A stretch of DNA of 64,000 nt, from the NCBI GenBank assembly GCA_964016885.1, contig OZ024741.1, positions 243,660,001 through 243,724,000 on the forward strand, written 5' to 3'. Every line of letters begins with the position of its first letter. Position 1 is the stretch's first letter. Positions 52,101 to 64,000 of this stretch are shown one piece after another. The position numbers were made by a program, and so were the translations under genes. The DNA is from Eledone cirrhosa (taxonomy: Eukaryota). The notes beneath the pieces are model-generated. The model did no database searches. It was not told the DNA's origin and was given only the letters and a program-made list of their open reading frames with translations.

Positions 52101-55100
52101 TTTCTTCGAAGCACACCATTCGCCGCCGGACTTCAGCTTCCTCATTTAGCATGGGCAGCTTTTCTTGAAAATCACACCACTCACAGCAAATGTGTGTCTG
52201 CACATGTACCAGTAATTACAGATCGATCCGACAACGGGCGGCCGGCCCACGATCGAAAAGGTAACTCCGCCGCCAAAGTCGCATTTTTGTGATTCGTTTC
52301 TTCGAAGCACACCATTCGCTGGTGGACTTCAGCTTCCTCATTTAGCATGGGCAGCTTTTCTTGAAAATCACACCACACACAGCAAATGTGTGTCTGCACA
52401 TTTACCAGTAATTACAGATCGATCCGACCACGGGCGGCCGGCCCACGATCGAAAAGGTAACTCCGCCGGCAAATTCGCATTTTTGTGATTCGTTTCTTCG
52501 AAGCACACCATTCGCCGCCGGACTTCAGCTTCCTCATTTAGCATGGGCAGCTTTTCTTGAAAATCACACCACACACAGCAAATGTGTGTCTGCACAGGTA
52601 CCAGTAATTACAGATCGATCCGACCACGAACGGCTGGCCCACGATCGAAAAGGTAACTCCGCCGGCAAATCCTAATTTTTGTGATTCGTTTCTTCGAAGC
52701 ACACCATTCGCCGCCGGACTTCAGCTGCCTCATTTAGCATGGGCAGCTTTTCTTGAAAATCACACCCCGCACAGCCAATGAGTCTCTGCACAGGTACCAC
52801 TAATTACAGATCGATACGACCAGGGGCGGCCTGCCCACGATCGAAAAGGTAACTCCGCCGGCAAATTCGCATTTTTGTGATTCGTTTCTTCGAAGCACAC
52901 CATTCGCTGGTGGACTTCAGCTTCCTCATTTAACATGGGCAGCTTTTCTTGAAAATCACACCACACTCAGCAAATGTGTGTCTGCACATGTACCAGTAAT
53001 TACAGATCGATCCGCCCACGGGCGGCCGGCCCACGATCGAAAATGTAACTCCGCCGGCAAATTCGCATTTTTGTGATTCGTTTCTTCGAAGCACACCATT
53101 CGCTGGTGGACTTCAGCTTCCTCATTTAGCATGGGCAGCTTTTCTTGAAAATCACACCACTCACAGACTATGAGTCTCTGCACATGTACCACTAATTACA
53201 GATCGATACGACCACGGGCGGCCTGCCCACGATCGAAAAGGTAACTCCGCCGGCAAATCCGCATTTTTGTGATTCGTTTCTTCGAAGCACACCATTCGCC
53301 GCCGGACTTCAGCTTCCTCATTTAGCATGGGCAGCTTTTCTTAAAAATCACACCACACTCAGCAAAAATGTGTGTCTGCACATGTACCAGTAATTACAGA
53401 TCGATCCGCCCACGGGCGGCCGGCCCACGATCGAAAATGTAACTCCGCCGGCAAATTCGCATTTTTGTGATTCATTTCTTCGAAGCACACCATTCGCTGG
53501 TGGACTTCAGCTTCCTCATTTAGCATGGGCAGCGTTTCTTGAAAATCACACCACACACAGCAAATGTGTGTCCACACAAGTACCAGTAATTACAGATCGA
53601 TCCGACCACGGACGGCTGGCCCAGGATCGAAAAGGTAACTCCGCCGGCAAATTCGCATTTTTGTGATTCGTTTCTTCGAAGCACACCATTCGCCGCCGGA
53701 CTTCAGCTTCCTCATTTAGCATGGGCAGCTTTTCTTGAAAATCACACCACTCACAGCAAATGTGTGTCTGCACATGTACCAGTAATTACAGATCGATCCG
53801 ACAACGGGCGGCCGGCCCACGATCGAAAAGGTAACTCCGCCGCCAAAGTCGCATTTTTGTGATTCGTTTCTTCGAAGCACACCATTCGCCGCCGGACTTC
53901 AGCTTCCTCATTTAGCAGGGGCAGCTTTTCTTAAAAATCACACCACACTCAGCAAATGTGTGTCTGCACATGTACCAGTAATTACAGATCGATCCGACCA
54001 CGGGCGGCCTGCCCACGATCGAAAAGGTAACTCCGCCGGCAAATTCGCATTTTTGTGATTCGTTTCTTCGAAGCACACCATTCGCTGGTGGACTTCAGCT
54101 TCCTCATTTAACATGGGCAGCTTTTCTTGAAAATCACACCACACTCAGCAAATCTGTGTCTGCACATGTAGCAGTAATTACAGATCGATCCGCCCACGGG
54201 CGGCCGGCCCACGATCGAAAATATAACTCCGCCGGCAAATTCGCATTTTTGTGATTCGTTTCTTCGAAGCACACCATTCGCTGGTGGACTTCAGCTTCCT
54301 CATTTAGCATGGGCAGCTTTTCTTGAAAATCACACCACTCACAGACTATGAGTCTCTGCACATGTACCACTAATTACAGATCGATACGACCACGGGCGGC
54401 CTGCCCACGATCGAAAAGGTAACTCCGCCGGCAAATCCGCATTTTTGTGATTCGTTTCTTCGAAGCACACCATTCGCCGCCGGACTTCAGCTTCCTCATT
54501 TAGCATGGGCAGCTTTTCTTAAAAATCACACCACACTCAGCAAATTTGTGTCTGCACATGTACCAGTAATTACAGATCGATCCGACCACGGGCGGCCGGC
54601 CCACGATCGAAAAGGTAACTCCGCCGGCAAATTCGCATTTTTGCGATTCGTTTCTTCGAAGCACACCATTCGCTGGTGGACTTCAGCTTCCTCATTTAAC
54701 ATGGGCAGCTTTTCTTGAAAATCACACCACACTCAGCAAATGTGTGTCTGCACATGTACCAGTAATTACAGATCGATCCGCCCACGGGCGGCCGGCCCAC
54801 GATCGAAAATGTAACTCCGCCGGCAAATTCGCATTTTTGTGATTCATTTCTTCGAAGCACACCATTCGCTGGTGGACTTCAGCTTCCTCATTTAGCATGG
54901 GCAGCTTTTCTTGAAAATCACACCACACACAGCAAATGTGTGTCTACACAGATACCAGTAATTACAGATCGATCCGACCACGGACGGCTGGCCCAGGATC
55001 GAAAAGGTAACTCCGCCGGCAAATTCGCATTTTTGTGATTCGTTTCTTCGAAGCACACCATTCGCCGCCGGACTTCAGCTTCCTCATTTAGCATGGGCAG

Positions 55101-56683
55101 CTTTTCTTGAAAATCACACCACTCACAGCAAATGTGTGTCTGCACATGTACCAGTAATTACAGATCGATCCGACAACGGGCGGCCGGCCCACGATCGAAA
55201 AGGTAACTCCGCCGCCAAAGTCGCATTTTTGTGATTCGTTTCTTCGAAGCACACCATTCGCTGGTGGACTTCAGCTTCCTCATTTAGCATGGGCAGCTTT
55301 TCTTGAAAATCACACCACACACAGCAAATGTGTGTCTGCACATTTACCAGTAATTACAGATCGATCCGACCACGGGCGGCCGGCCCACGATCGAAAAGGT
55401 AACTCCGCCGGCAAATTCGCATTTTTGTGATTCGTTTCTTCGAAGCACACCATTCGCCGCCGGACTTCAGCTTCCTCATTTAGCATGGGCAGCTTTTCTT
55501 GAAAATCACACCACACACAGCAAATGTGTGTCTGCACAGGTACCAGTAATTACAGATCGATCCGACCACGAACGGCTGGCCCACGATCGAAAAGGTAACT
55601 CCGCCGGCAAATCCTAATTTTTGTGATTCGTTTCTTCGAAGCACACCATTCGCCGCCGGACTTCAGCTGCCTCATTTAGCATGGGCAGCTTTTCTTGAAA
55701 ATCACACCACGCACAGCCAATGAGTCTCTGCACAGGTACCACTAATTACAGATCGATACGACCAGGGGCGGCCTGCCCACGATCGAAAAGGTAACTCCGC
55801 CGGCAAATTCGCATTTTTGTGATTCGTTTCTTCGAAGCACACCATTCGCTGGTGGACTTCAGCTTCCTCATTTAACATGGGCAGCTTTTCTTGAAAATCA
55901 CACCACACTCAGCAAATGTGTGTCTGCACATGTACCAGTAATTACAGATCGATCCGCCCACGGGCGGCCGGCCCACGATCGAAAATGTAACTCCGCCGGC
56001 AAATTCGCATTTTTGTGATTCGTTTCTTCGAAGCACACCATTCGCTGGTGGACTTCAGCTTCCTCATTTAGCATGGGCAGCTTTTCTTGAAAATCACACC
56101 ACTCACAGACTATGAGTCTCTGCACATGTACCACTAATTACAGATCGATACGACCACGGGCGGCCTGCCCACGATCGAAAAGGTAACTCCGCCGGCAAAT
56201 CCGCATTTTTGTGATTCGTTTCTTCGAAGCACACCATTCGCCGCCGGACTTCAGCTTCCTCATTTAGCATGGGCAGCTTTTCTTAAAAATCACACCACAC
56301 TCAGCAAAAATGTGTGTCTGCACATGTACCAGTAATTACAGATCGATCCGACCACGGGCGGCCTGCCCACGATCGAAAAGGTAACTCCGCCGGCAAATTC
56401 GCATTTTTGCGATTCGTTTCTTCGAAGCACACCATTCGCTGGTGGACTTCAGCTTCCTCATTTAACATGGGCAGCTTTTCTTGAAAATCACACCACACTC
56501 AGCAAATGTGTGTCTGCACATGTACCAGTAATTACAGATCGATCCGCCCACGGGCGGCCGGCCCACGATCGAAAATGTAACTCCGCCGGCAAATTCGCAT
56601 TTTTGTGATTCATTTCTTCGAAGCACACCATTCGCTGGTGGACTTCAGCTTCCTCATTTAGCATGGGCAGCGTTTCTTGAAGA
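34140..56683. repeat. Domain B: mosaic of related 9-mer (1764 bp) and 10-mer (1960 bp) units with local deletions and duplications
   Basis: Cycle GACAAC/GCCAAAGTC > CATTTACC > GAACGG/CCTAA > CACGCAC (or CAGGGG + TAAC) > CGCCC > GACTAT > TTGCGA > TTCATT > TCTACA. Examples: 9-mers at 34140-35903 and 36884-38647, a 10-mer at 38648-40607, and a 1960-bp shift between 49036 and 50996. Confidence 0.82.
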
Positions 56684-59600
56684 TCACACCACACACAGCA
56701 AATGTGTGTCCACACAAGTACCAGTAATTACAGATCGATCCGACCACGGACGGCTGGCCCAGGATCGAAAAGGTAACTCCGCCGGCAAATTCGCATTTTT
56801 GTGATTCGTTTCTTCGAAGCACACCATTCGCCGCCGGACTTCAGCTTCCTCATTTAGCATGGGCAGCTTTTCTTGAAAATCACACCACTCACAGCAAATG
56901 TGTGTCTGCACATGTACCAGTAATTACAGATCGATCCGACAACGGGCGGCCGGCCCACGATCGAAAAGGTAACTCCGCCGCCAAAGTCGCATTTTTGTGA
57001 TTCGTTTCTTCGAAGCACACCATTAGCCGCCGGACTTCAGCTTCCTCATTTAGCATGGGCAGCTTTTCTTGAAAATCACACCACACACAGCAAATGTGTG
57101 TCTGCACATGTACCAGTACGTACAGATCGATCCGACCACGGGCGGCAGGCCCACATTCGAAAAGGTTACTCCGCCTGCAAATCGTCATTTTCGGATTCGT
57201 TTTCTTCGAAGCACACCATTCGCCGGCGGACTTCAGCTGCCTCATTTAGCATGGGCAGCTTTTCTTGAAAATCACACCTCACACAGCAAATGTGTCTCTG
57301 CACATGTACTAGTAATTACAGATCGATCCGACCACGGGCAACCGGCCCACGATCGAAAAGGTAACTCCGGCGGCAAATTCGCATTTTTGTGATTCGTTTC
57401 TTCGAAGCACACCATTCGCCGCCGGACTTCAGCTTCCTCATTTAGCATGGGCAGCTTTTCTTGAAAATCACACCACACTCAGCAAATGTGTGTCTGCACA
57501 TGTACCAGTAATTACAGATCGATCCGACCACGGGCGGCCTGCCCACGATCGAAAAGGTAACTCCGCCGGCAAATTCGCATTTTTGTGATTCGTTTCTTCG
57601 AAGCACACCATTCGCTGGTGGACTTCAGCTTCCTCATTTAGCATGGGCAGCTTTTCTTGAAAATCACACCACTCACAGACTATGAGTGTCTGCACATGTA
57701 CCACTAATTACAGATCGATACGACCACGGGCGGCCTGCCCACGATCGAAAAGGTAACTCCGCCGGCAAATCCGCATTTTTGTGATTCGTTTCTTCGAAGC
57801 ACACCATTCGCCGCCGGACTTCAGCTTCCTCATTTAGCATGGGCAGCTTTTCTTAAAAATCACACCACACTCAGCAAATGTGTGTCTGCACATGTAGCAG
57901 TAATTACAGATCGATCCGCCCACGGGCGGCCGGCCCACGATCGAAAAAGGTAACTCCGCCGGCAAATTCGCATTTTTGTGATTCGTTTCTTCGAAGCACA
58001 CCATTCGCTGGTGGACTTCAGCTTCCTCATTTAGCATGGGCAGCTTTTCTTGAAAATCACACCACTCACAGACTATGAGTCTCTGCACATGTACCACTAA
58101 TTACAGATCGATACGACCACGGGCGGCCTGCCCACGATCGAAAAGGTAACTCCGCCGGCAAATCCGCATTTTTGTGATTCGTTTCTTCGAAGCACACCAT
58201 TCGCCGCCGGACTTCAGCTTCCTCATTTAGCATGGGCAGCTTTTCTTAAAAATCACACCACACTCAGCAAATGTGTGTCTGCACATGTACCAGTAATTAC
58301 AGATCGATCCGACCACGGGCGGCCTGCCCACGATCGAAAAGGTAACTCCGCCGGCAAATCCTAATTTTTGTGATTCGTTTCTTCGAAGCACACCATTCGC
58401 CGCCGGACTTCAGCTGCCTCATTTAGCATGGGCAGCTTTTCTTGAAAATCACACCACGCACAGCCAATGAGTCTCTGCACAGGTACCACTAATTACAGAT
58501 CGATACGACCAGGGGCGGCCTGCCCACGATCGAAAAGGTAACTCCGCCGGCAAATTCGCATTTTTGTGATTCGTTTCTTCGAAGCACACCATTCGCTGGT
58601 GGACTTCAGCTTCCTCATTTAACATGGGCAGCTTTTCTTGAAAATCACACCACACTCAGCAAATGTGTGTCTGCACATGTACCAGTAATTACAGATCGAT
58701 CCGCCCACGGGCGGCCGGCCCACGATCGAAAATGTAACTCCGCCGGCAAATTCGCATTTTTGTGATTCGTTTCTTCGAAGCACACCATTCGCTGGTGGAC
58801 TTCAGCTTCCTCATTTAGCATGGGCAGCTTTTCTTGAAAATCACACCACTCACAGACTATGAGTCTCTGCACATGTACCACTAATTACAGATCGATACGA
58901 CCACGGGCGGCCTGCCCACGATCGAAAAGGTAACTCCGCCGGCAAATCCGCATTTTTGTGATTCGTTTCTTCGAAGCACACCATTCGCCGCCGGACTTCA
59001 GCTTCCTCATTTAGCATGGGCAGCTTTTCTTAAAAATCACACCACACTCAGCAAATGTGTGTCTGCACATGTACCAGTAATTACAGATCGATCCGACCAC
59101 GGGCGGCCTGCCCACGATCGAAAAGGTAACTCCGCCGGCAAATTCGCATTTTTGCGATTCGTTTCTTCGAAGCACACCATTCGCTGGTGGACTTCAGCTT
59201 CCTCATTTAACATGGGCAGCTTTTCTTGAAAATCACACCACACTCAGCAAATGTGTGTCTGCACATGTACCAGTAATTACAGATCGATCCGACCACGGGC
59301 GGCCGGCCCACGATCGAAAAGGTAACTCCGCCGGCAAATTCGCATTTTTGTGATTCGTTTCTTCGAAGCACACCATTCGCCGCCGGACTTCAGCTTCCTC
59401 ATTTAGCATGGGCAGCTTTTCTTGAAAATCACACCACACACAGCAAATGTGTGTCTGCACAGGTACCAGTAATTACAGATCGATCCGACCACGAACGGCT
59501 GGCCCACGATCGAAAAGGTAACTCCGCCGGCAAATCCTAATTTTTGTGATTCGTTTCTTCGAAGCACACCATTCGCCGCCGGACTTCAGCTGCCTCATTT

Positions 59601-62600
59601 AGCATGGGCAGCTTTTCTTGAAAATCACACCACTCACAGCCAATGAGTCTCTGCACAGGTACCACTAATTACAGATCGATACGACCAGGGGCGGCCTGCC
59701 CACGATCGAAAAGGTAACTCCGCCGGCAAATCCGCATTTTTGTGATTCGTTTCTTCGAAGCACACCATTCGCCGCCGGACTTCAGCTTCCTCATTTAGCA
59801 GGGGCAGCTTTTCTTAAAAATCACACCACACTCAGCAAATGTGTGTCTGCACATGTACCAGTAATTACAGATCGATCCGACCACGGGCGGCCTGCCCACG
59901 ATCGAAAAGGTAACTCCGCCGGCAAATTCGCATTTTTGCGATTCGTTTCTTCGAAGCACACCATTCGCTGGTGGACTTCAGCTTCCTCATTTAACATGGG
60001 CAGCTTTTCTTGAAAATCACACCACACTCAGCAAATGTGTGTCTGCACATGTACCAGTAATTACAGATCGATCCGACCACGGGCGGCCGGCCCACGATCG
60101 AAAAGGTAACTCCGCCGGCAAATTCGCATTTTTGTGATTCGTTTCTTCGAAGCACACCATTCGCCGCCGGACTTCAGCTTCCTCATTTAGCATGGGCAGC
60201 TTTTCTTGAAAATCACACCACACACAGCAAATGTGTGTCTGCACAGGTACCAGTAATTACAGATCGATCCGACCACGAACGGCTGGCCCACGATCGAAAA
60301 GGTAACTCCGCCGGCAAATCCTAATTTTTGTGATTCGTTTCTTCGAAGCACACCATTCGCCGCCGGACTTCAGCTGCCTCATTTAGCATGGGCAGCTTTT
60401 CTTGAAAATCACACCACTCACAGCCAATGAGTCTCTGCACAGGTACCACTAATTACAGATCGATACGACCAGGGGCGGCCTGCCCACGATCGAAAAGGTA
60501 ACTCCGCCGGCAAATCCGCATTTTTGTGATTCGTTTCTTCGAAGCACACCATTCGCCGCCGGACTTCAGCTTCCTCATTTAGCAGGGGCAGCTTTTCTTA
60601 AAAATCACACCACACTCAGCAAATGTGTGTCTGCACATGTACCAGTAATTACAGATCGATCCGACCACGGGCGGCCTGCCCACGATCGAAAAGGTAACTC
60701 CGCCGGCAAATTCGCATTTTTGTGATTCGTTTCTTCGAAGCACACCATTCGCTGGTGGACTTCAGCTTCCTCATTTAACATGGGCAGCTTTTCTTGAAAA
60801 TCACACCACACTCAGCAAATCTGTGTCTGCACATGTAGCAGTAATTACAGATCGATCCGCCCACGGGCGGCCGGCCCACGATCGAAAATATAACTCCGCC
60901 GGCAAATTCGCATTTTTGTGATTCGTTTCTTCGAAGCACACCATTCGCTGGTGGACTTCAGCTTCCTCATTTAGCATGGGCAGCTTTTCTTGAAAATCAC
61001 ACCACTCACAGACTATGAGTCTCTGCACATGTACCACTAATTACAGATCGATACGACCACGGGCGGCCTGCCCACGATCGAAAAGGTAACTCCGCCGGCA
61101 AATCCGCATTTTTGTGATTCGTTTCTTCGAAGCACACCATTCGCCGCCGGACTTCAGCTTCCTCATTTAGCATGGGCAGCGTTTCTTGAAAATCACACCA
61201 CACACAGCAAATGTGTGTCCACACAAGTACCAGTAATTACAGATCGATCCGACCACGGACGGCTGGCCCAGGATCGAAAAGGTAACTCCGCCGGCAAATT
61301 CGCATTTTTGTGATTCGTTTCTTCGAAGCACACCATTCGCCGCCGGACTTCAGCTTCCTCATTTAGCATGGGCAGCTTTTCTTGAAAATCACACCACTCA
61401 CAGCAAATGTGTGTCTGCACATGTACCAGTAATTACAGATCGATCCGACAACGGGCGGCCGGCCCACGATCGAAAAGGTAACTCCGCCGCCAAAGTCGCA
61501 TTTTTGTGATTCGTTTCTTCGAAGCACACCATTAGCCGCCGGACTTCAGCTTCCTCATTTAGCATGGGCAGCTTTTCTTGAAAATCACACCACACACAGC
61601 AAATGTGTGTCTGCACATGTACCAGTACGTACAGATCGATCCGACCACGGGCGGCAGGCCCACATTCGAAAAGGTTACTCCGCCTGCAAATCGTCATTTT
61701 CGGATTCGTTTTCTTCGAAGCACACCATTCGCCGGCGGACTTCAGCTGCCTCATTTAGCATGGGCAGCTTTTCTTGAAAATCACACCTCACACAGCAAAT
61801 GTGTCTCTGCACATGTACTAGTAATTACAGATCGATCCGACCACGGGCAACCGGCCCACGATCGAAAAGGTAACTCCGGCGGCAAATTCGCATTTTTGTG
61901 ATTCGTTTCTTCGAAGCACACCATTCGCCGCCGGACTTCAGCTTCCTCATTTAGCATGGGCAGCTTTTCTTGAAAATCACACCACACTCAGCAAATGTGT
62001 GTCTGCACATGTACCAGTAATTACAGATCGATCCGACCACGGGCGGCCTGCCCACGATCGAAAAGGTAACTCCGCCGGCAAATTCGCATTTTTGTGATTC
62101 GTTTCTTCGAAGCACACCATTCGCTGGTGGACTTCAGCTTCCTCATTTAGCATGGGCAGCTTTTCTTGAAAATCACACCACTCACAGACTATGAGTGTCT
62201 GCACATGTACCACTAATTACAGATCGATACGACCACGGGCGGCCTGCCCACGATCGAAAAGGTAACTCCGCCGGCAAATCCGCATTTTTGTGATTCGTTT
62301 CTTCGAAGCACACCATTCGCCGCCGGACTTCAGCTTCCTCATTTAGCATGGGCAGCTTTTCTTAAAAATCACACCACACTCAGCAAATGTGTGTCTGCAC
62401 ATGTAGCAGTAATTACAGATCGATCCGCCCACGGGCGGCCGGCCCACGATCGAAAAAGGTAACTCCGCCGGCAAATTCGCATTTTTGTGATTCGTTTCTT
62501 CGAAGCACACCATTCGCTGGTGGACTTCAGCTTCCTCATTTAGCATGGGCAGCTTTTCTTGAAAATCACACCACTCACAGACTATGAGTCTCTGCACATG

Positions 62601-64000
62601 TACCACTAATTACAGATCGATACGACCACGGGCGGCCTGCCCACGATCGAAAAGGTAACTCCGCCGGCAAATCCGCATTTTTGTGATTCGTTTCTTCGAA
62701 GCACACCATTCGCCGCCGGACTTCAGCTTCCTCATTTAGCATGGGCAGCTTTTCTTAAAAATCACACCACACTCAGCAAATGTGTGTCTGCACATGTACC
62801 AGTAATTACAGATCGATCCGACCACGGGCGGCCTGCCCACGATCGAAAAGGTAACTCCGCCGGCAAATCCTAATTTTTGTGATTCGTTTCTTCGAAGCAC
62901 ACCATTCGCCGCCGGACTTCAGCTGCCTCATTTAGCATGGGCAGCTTTTCTTGAAAATCACACCACGCACAGCCAATGAGTCTCTGCACAGGTACCACTA
63001 ATTACAGATCGATACGACCAGGGGCGGCCTGCCCACGATCGAAAAGGTAACTCCGCCGGCAAATTCGCATTTTTGTGATTCGTTTCTTCGAAGCACACCA
63101 TTCGCTGGTGGACTTCAGCTTCCTCATTTAACATGGGCAGCTTTTCTTGAAAATCACACCACACTCAGCAAATGTGTGTCTGCACATGTACCAGTAATTA
63201 CAGATCGATCCGCCCACGGGCGGCCGGCCCACGATCGAAAATGTAACTCCGCCGGCAAATTCGCATTTTTGTGATTCGTTTCTTCGAAGCACACCATTCG
63301 CTGGTGGACTTCAGCTTCCTCATTTAGCATGGGCAGCTTTTCTTGAAAATCACACCACTCACAGACTATGAGTCTCTGCACATGTACCACTAATTACAGA
63401 TCGATACGACCACGGGCGGCCTGCCCACGATCGAAAAGGTAACTCCGCCGGCAAATCCGCATTTTTGTGATTCGTTTCTTCGAAGCACACCATTCGCCGC
63501 CGGACTTCAGCTTCCTCATTTAGCATGGGCAGCTTTTCTTAAAAATCACACCACACTCAGCAAATGTGTGTCTGCACATGTACCAGTAATTACAGATCGA
63601 TCCGACCACGGGCGGCCTGCCCACGATCGAAAAGGTAACTCCGCCGGCAAATTCGCATTTTTGCGATTCGTTTCTTCGAAGCACACCATTCGCTGGTGGA
63701 CTTCAGCTTCCTCATTTAACATGGGCAGCTTTTCTTGAAAATCACACCACACTCAGCAAATGTGTGTCTGCACATGTACCAGTAATTACAGATCGATCCG
63801 ACCACGGGCGGCCGGCCCACGATCGAAAAGGTAACTCCGCCGGCAAATTCGCATTTTTGTGATTCGTTTCTTCGAAGCACACCATTCGCCGCCGGACTTC
63901 AGCTTCCTCATTTAGCATGGGCAGCTTTTCTTGAAAATCACACCACACACAGCAAATGTGTGTCTGCACAGGTACCAGTAATTACAGATCGATCCGACCA
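56684..64000. repeat. Second 23-mer repeat (HOR-C, 4509 bp); one full and one partial copy in the window
   Basis: Rare variants recur at +4509: CATTAGCC, the divergent monomer at 57076/61585, CACACCTC + GGGCAACC at 57272/61781, and a +1 A insertion at 57944/62453. Confidence 0.88.

Larger units (their letters stand above)
1..64000. repeat. Tandem satellite DNA array, 196-bp monomer, about 326.5 head-to-tail copies; runs off both window ends
   Basis: Representative monomer read from the sequence: TCACACCACACACAGCAAATGTGTGTCTGCACATGTACCAGTAATTACAGATCGATCCGACCACGGGCGGCCGGCCCACGATCGAAAAGGTAACTCCGCCGGCAAATTCGCATTTTTGTGATTCGTTTCTTCGAAGCACACCATTCGCCGCCGGACTTCAGCTTCCTCATTTAGCATGGGCAGCTTTTCTTGAAAA. 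TCACACC recurs at 36, 232, 428 and so on. ORF-track ends fall on 36+196n (e.g. 1016, 52956). Confidence 0.99.

Noticed and set aside
437-63969. Hundreds of 65-121 aa minus-strand ORFs (WCDFQEKLPMLNEEAEV...)
   Set aside because: They are one reading frame of the satellite monomer. 196 is not a multiple of 3, starts are often GTG, the ORFs overlap each other, common variants introduce stops, and I recognise no protein domain.
1-64000. CRISPR array or variable-cassette system (constant blocks alternating with variable blocks)
   Set aside because: The variable parts are point variants of one homologous sequence rather than unique spacers; there are no cas or recombinase genes in the window.
1-64000. 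Embedded transposon, inversion or unique-sequence island
   Set aside because: Monomer phase is accounted for across the entire window with only four small A-run insertions (+2, +2, +1, +1), and I saw no foreign or reverse-oriented segment.

Overview
The whole 64-kb window is one uninterrupted, single-orientation, head-to-tail satellite array of a 196-bp monomer (about 326.5 copies). Monomers start at 36+196n, counted from TCACACC, and hold that phase exactly up to about 53.36 kb. No credible genes, RNA genes, transposon insertions, inversions or CRISPR spacers were seen; all listed ORFs are by-products of the repeat. The information is in the variant pattern. The left domain (1 to about 34139) is built on a 23-monomer (4508-bp) higher-order repeat (HOR) with 9-, 15-, 26- and 37-monomer structural variants. 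The right domain (about 34140-64000) is built on related 9/10-monomer units and ends in a second, differently composed 23-mer (4509 bp). One strongly diverged monomer recurs 9 times, keeps its length through compensating indels and keeps or creates palindromes. The organisation resembles a eukaryotic centromeric or pericentromeric satellite (inference). I could not identify the organism or satellite family.
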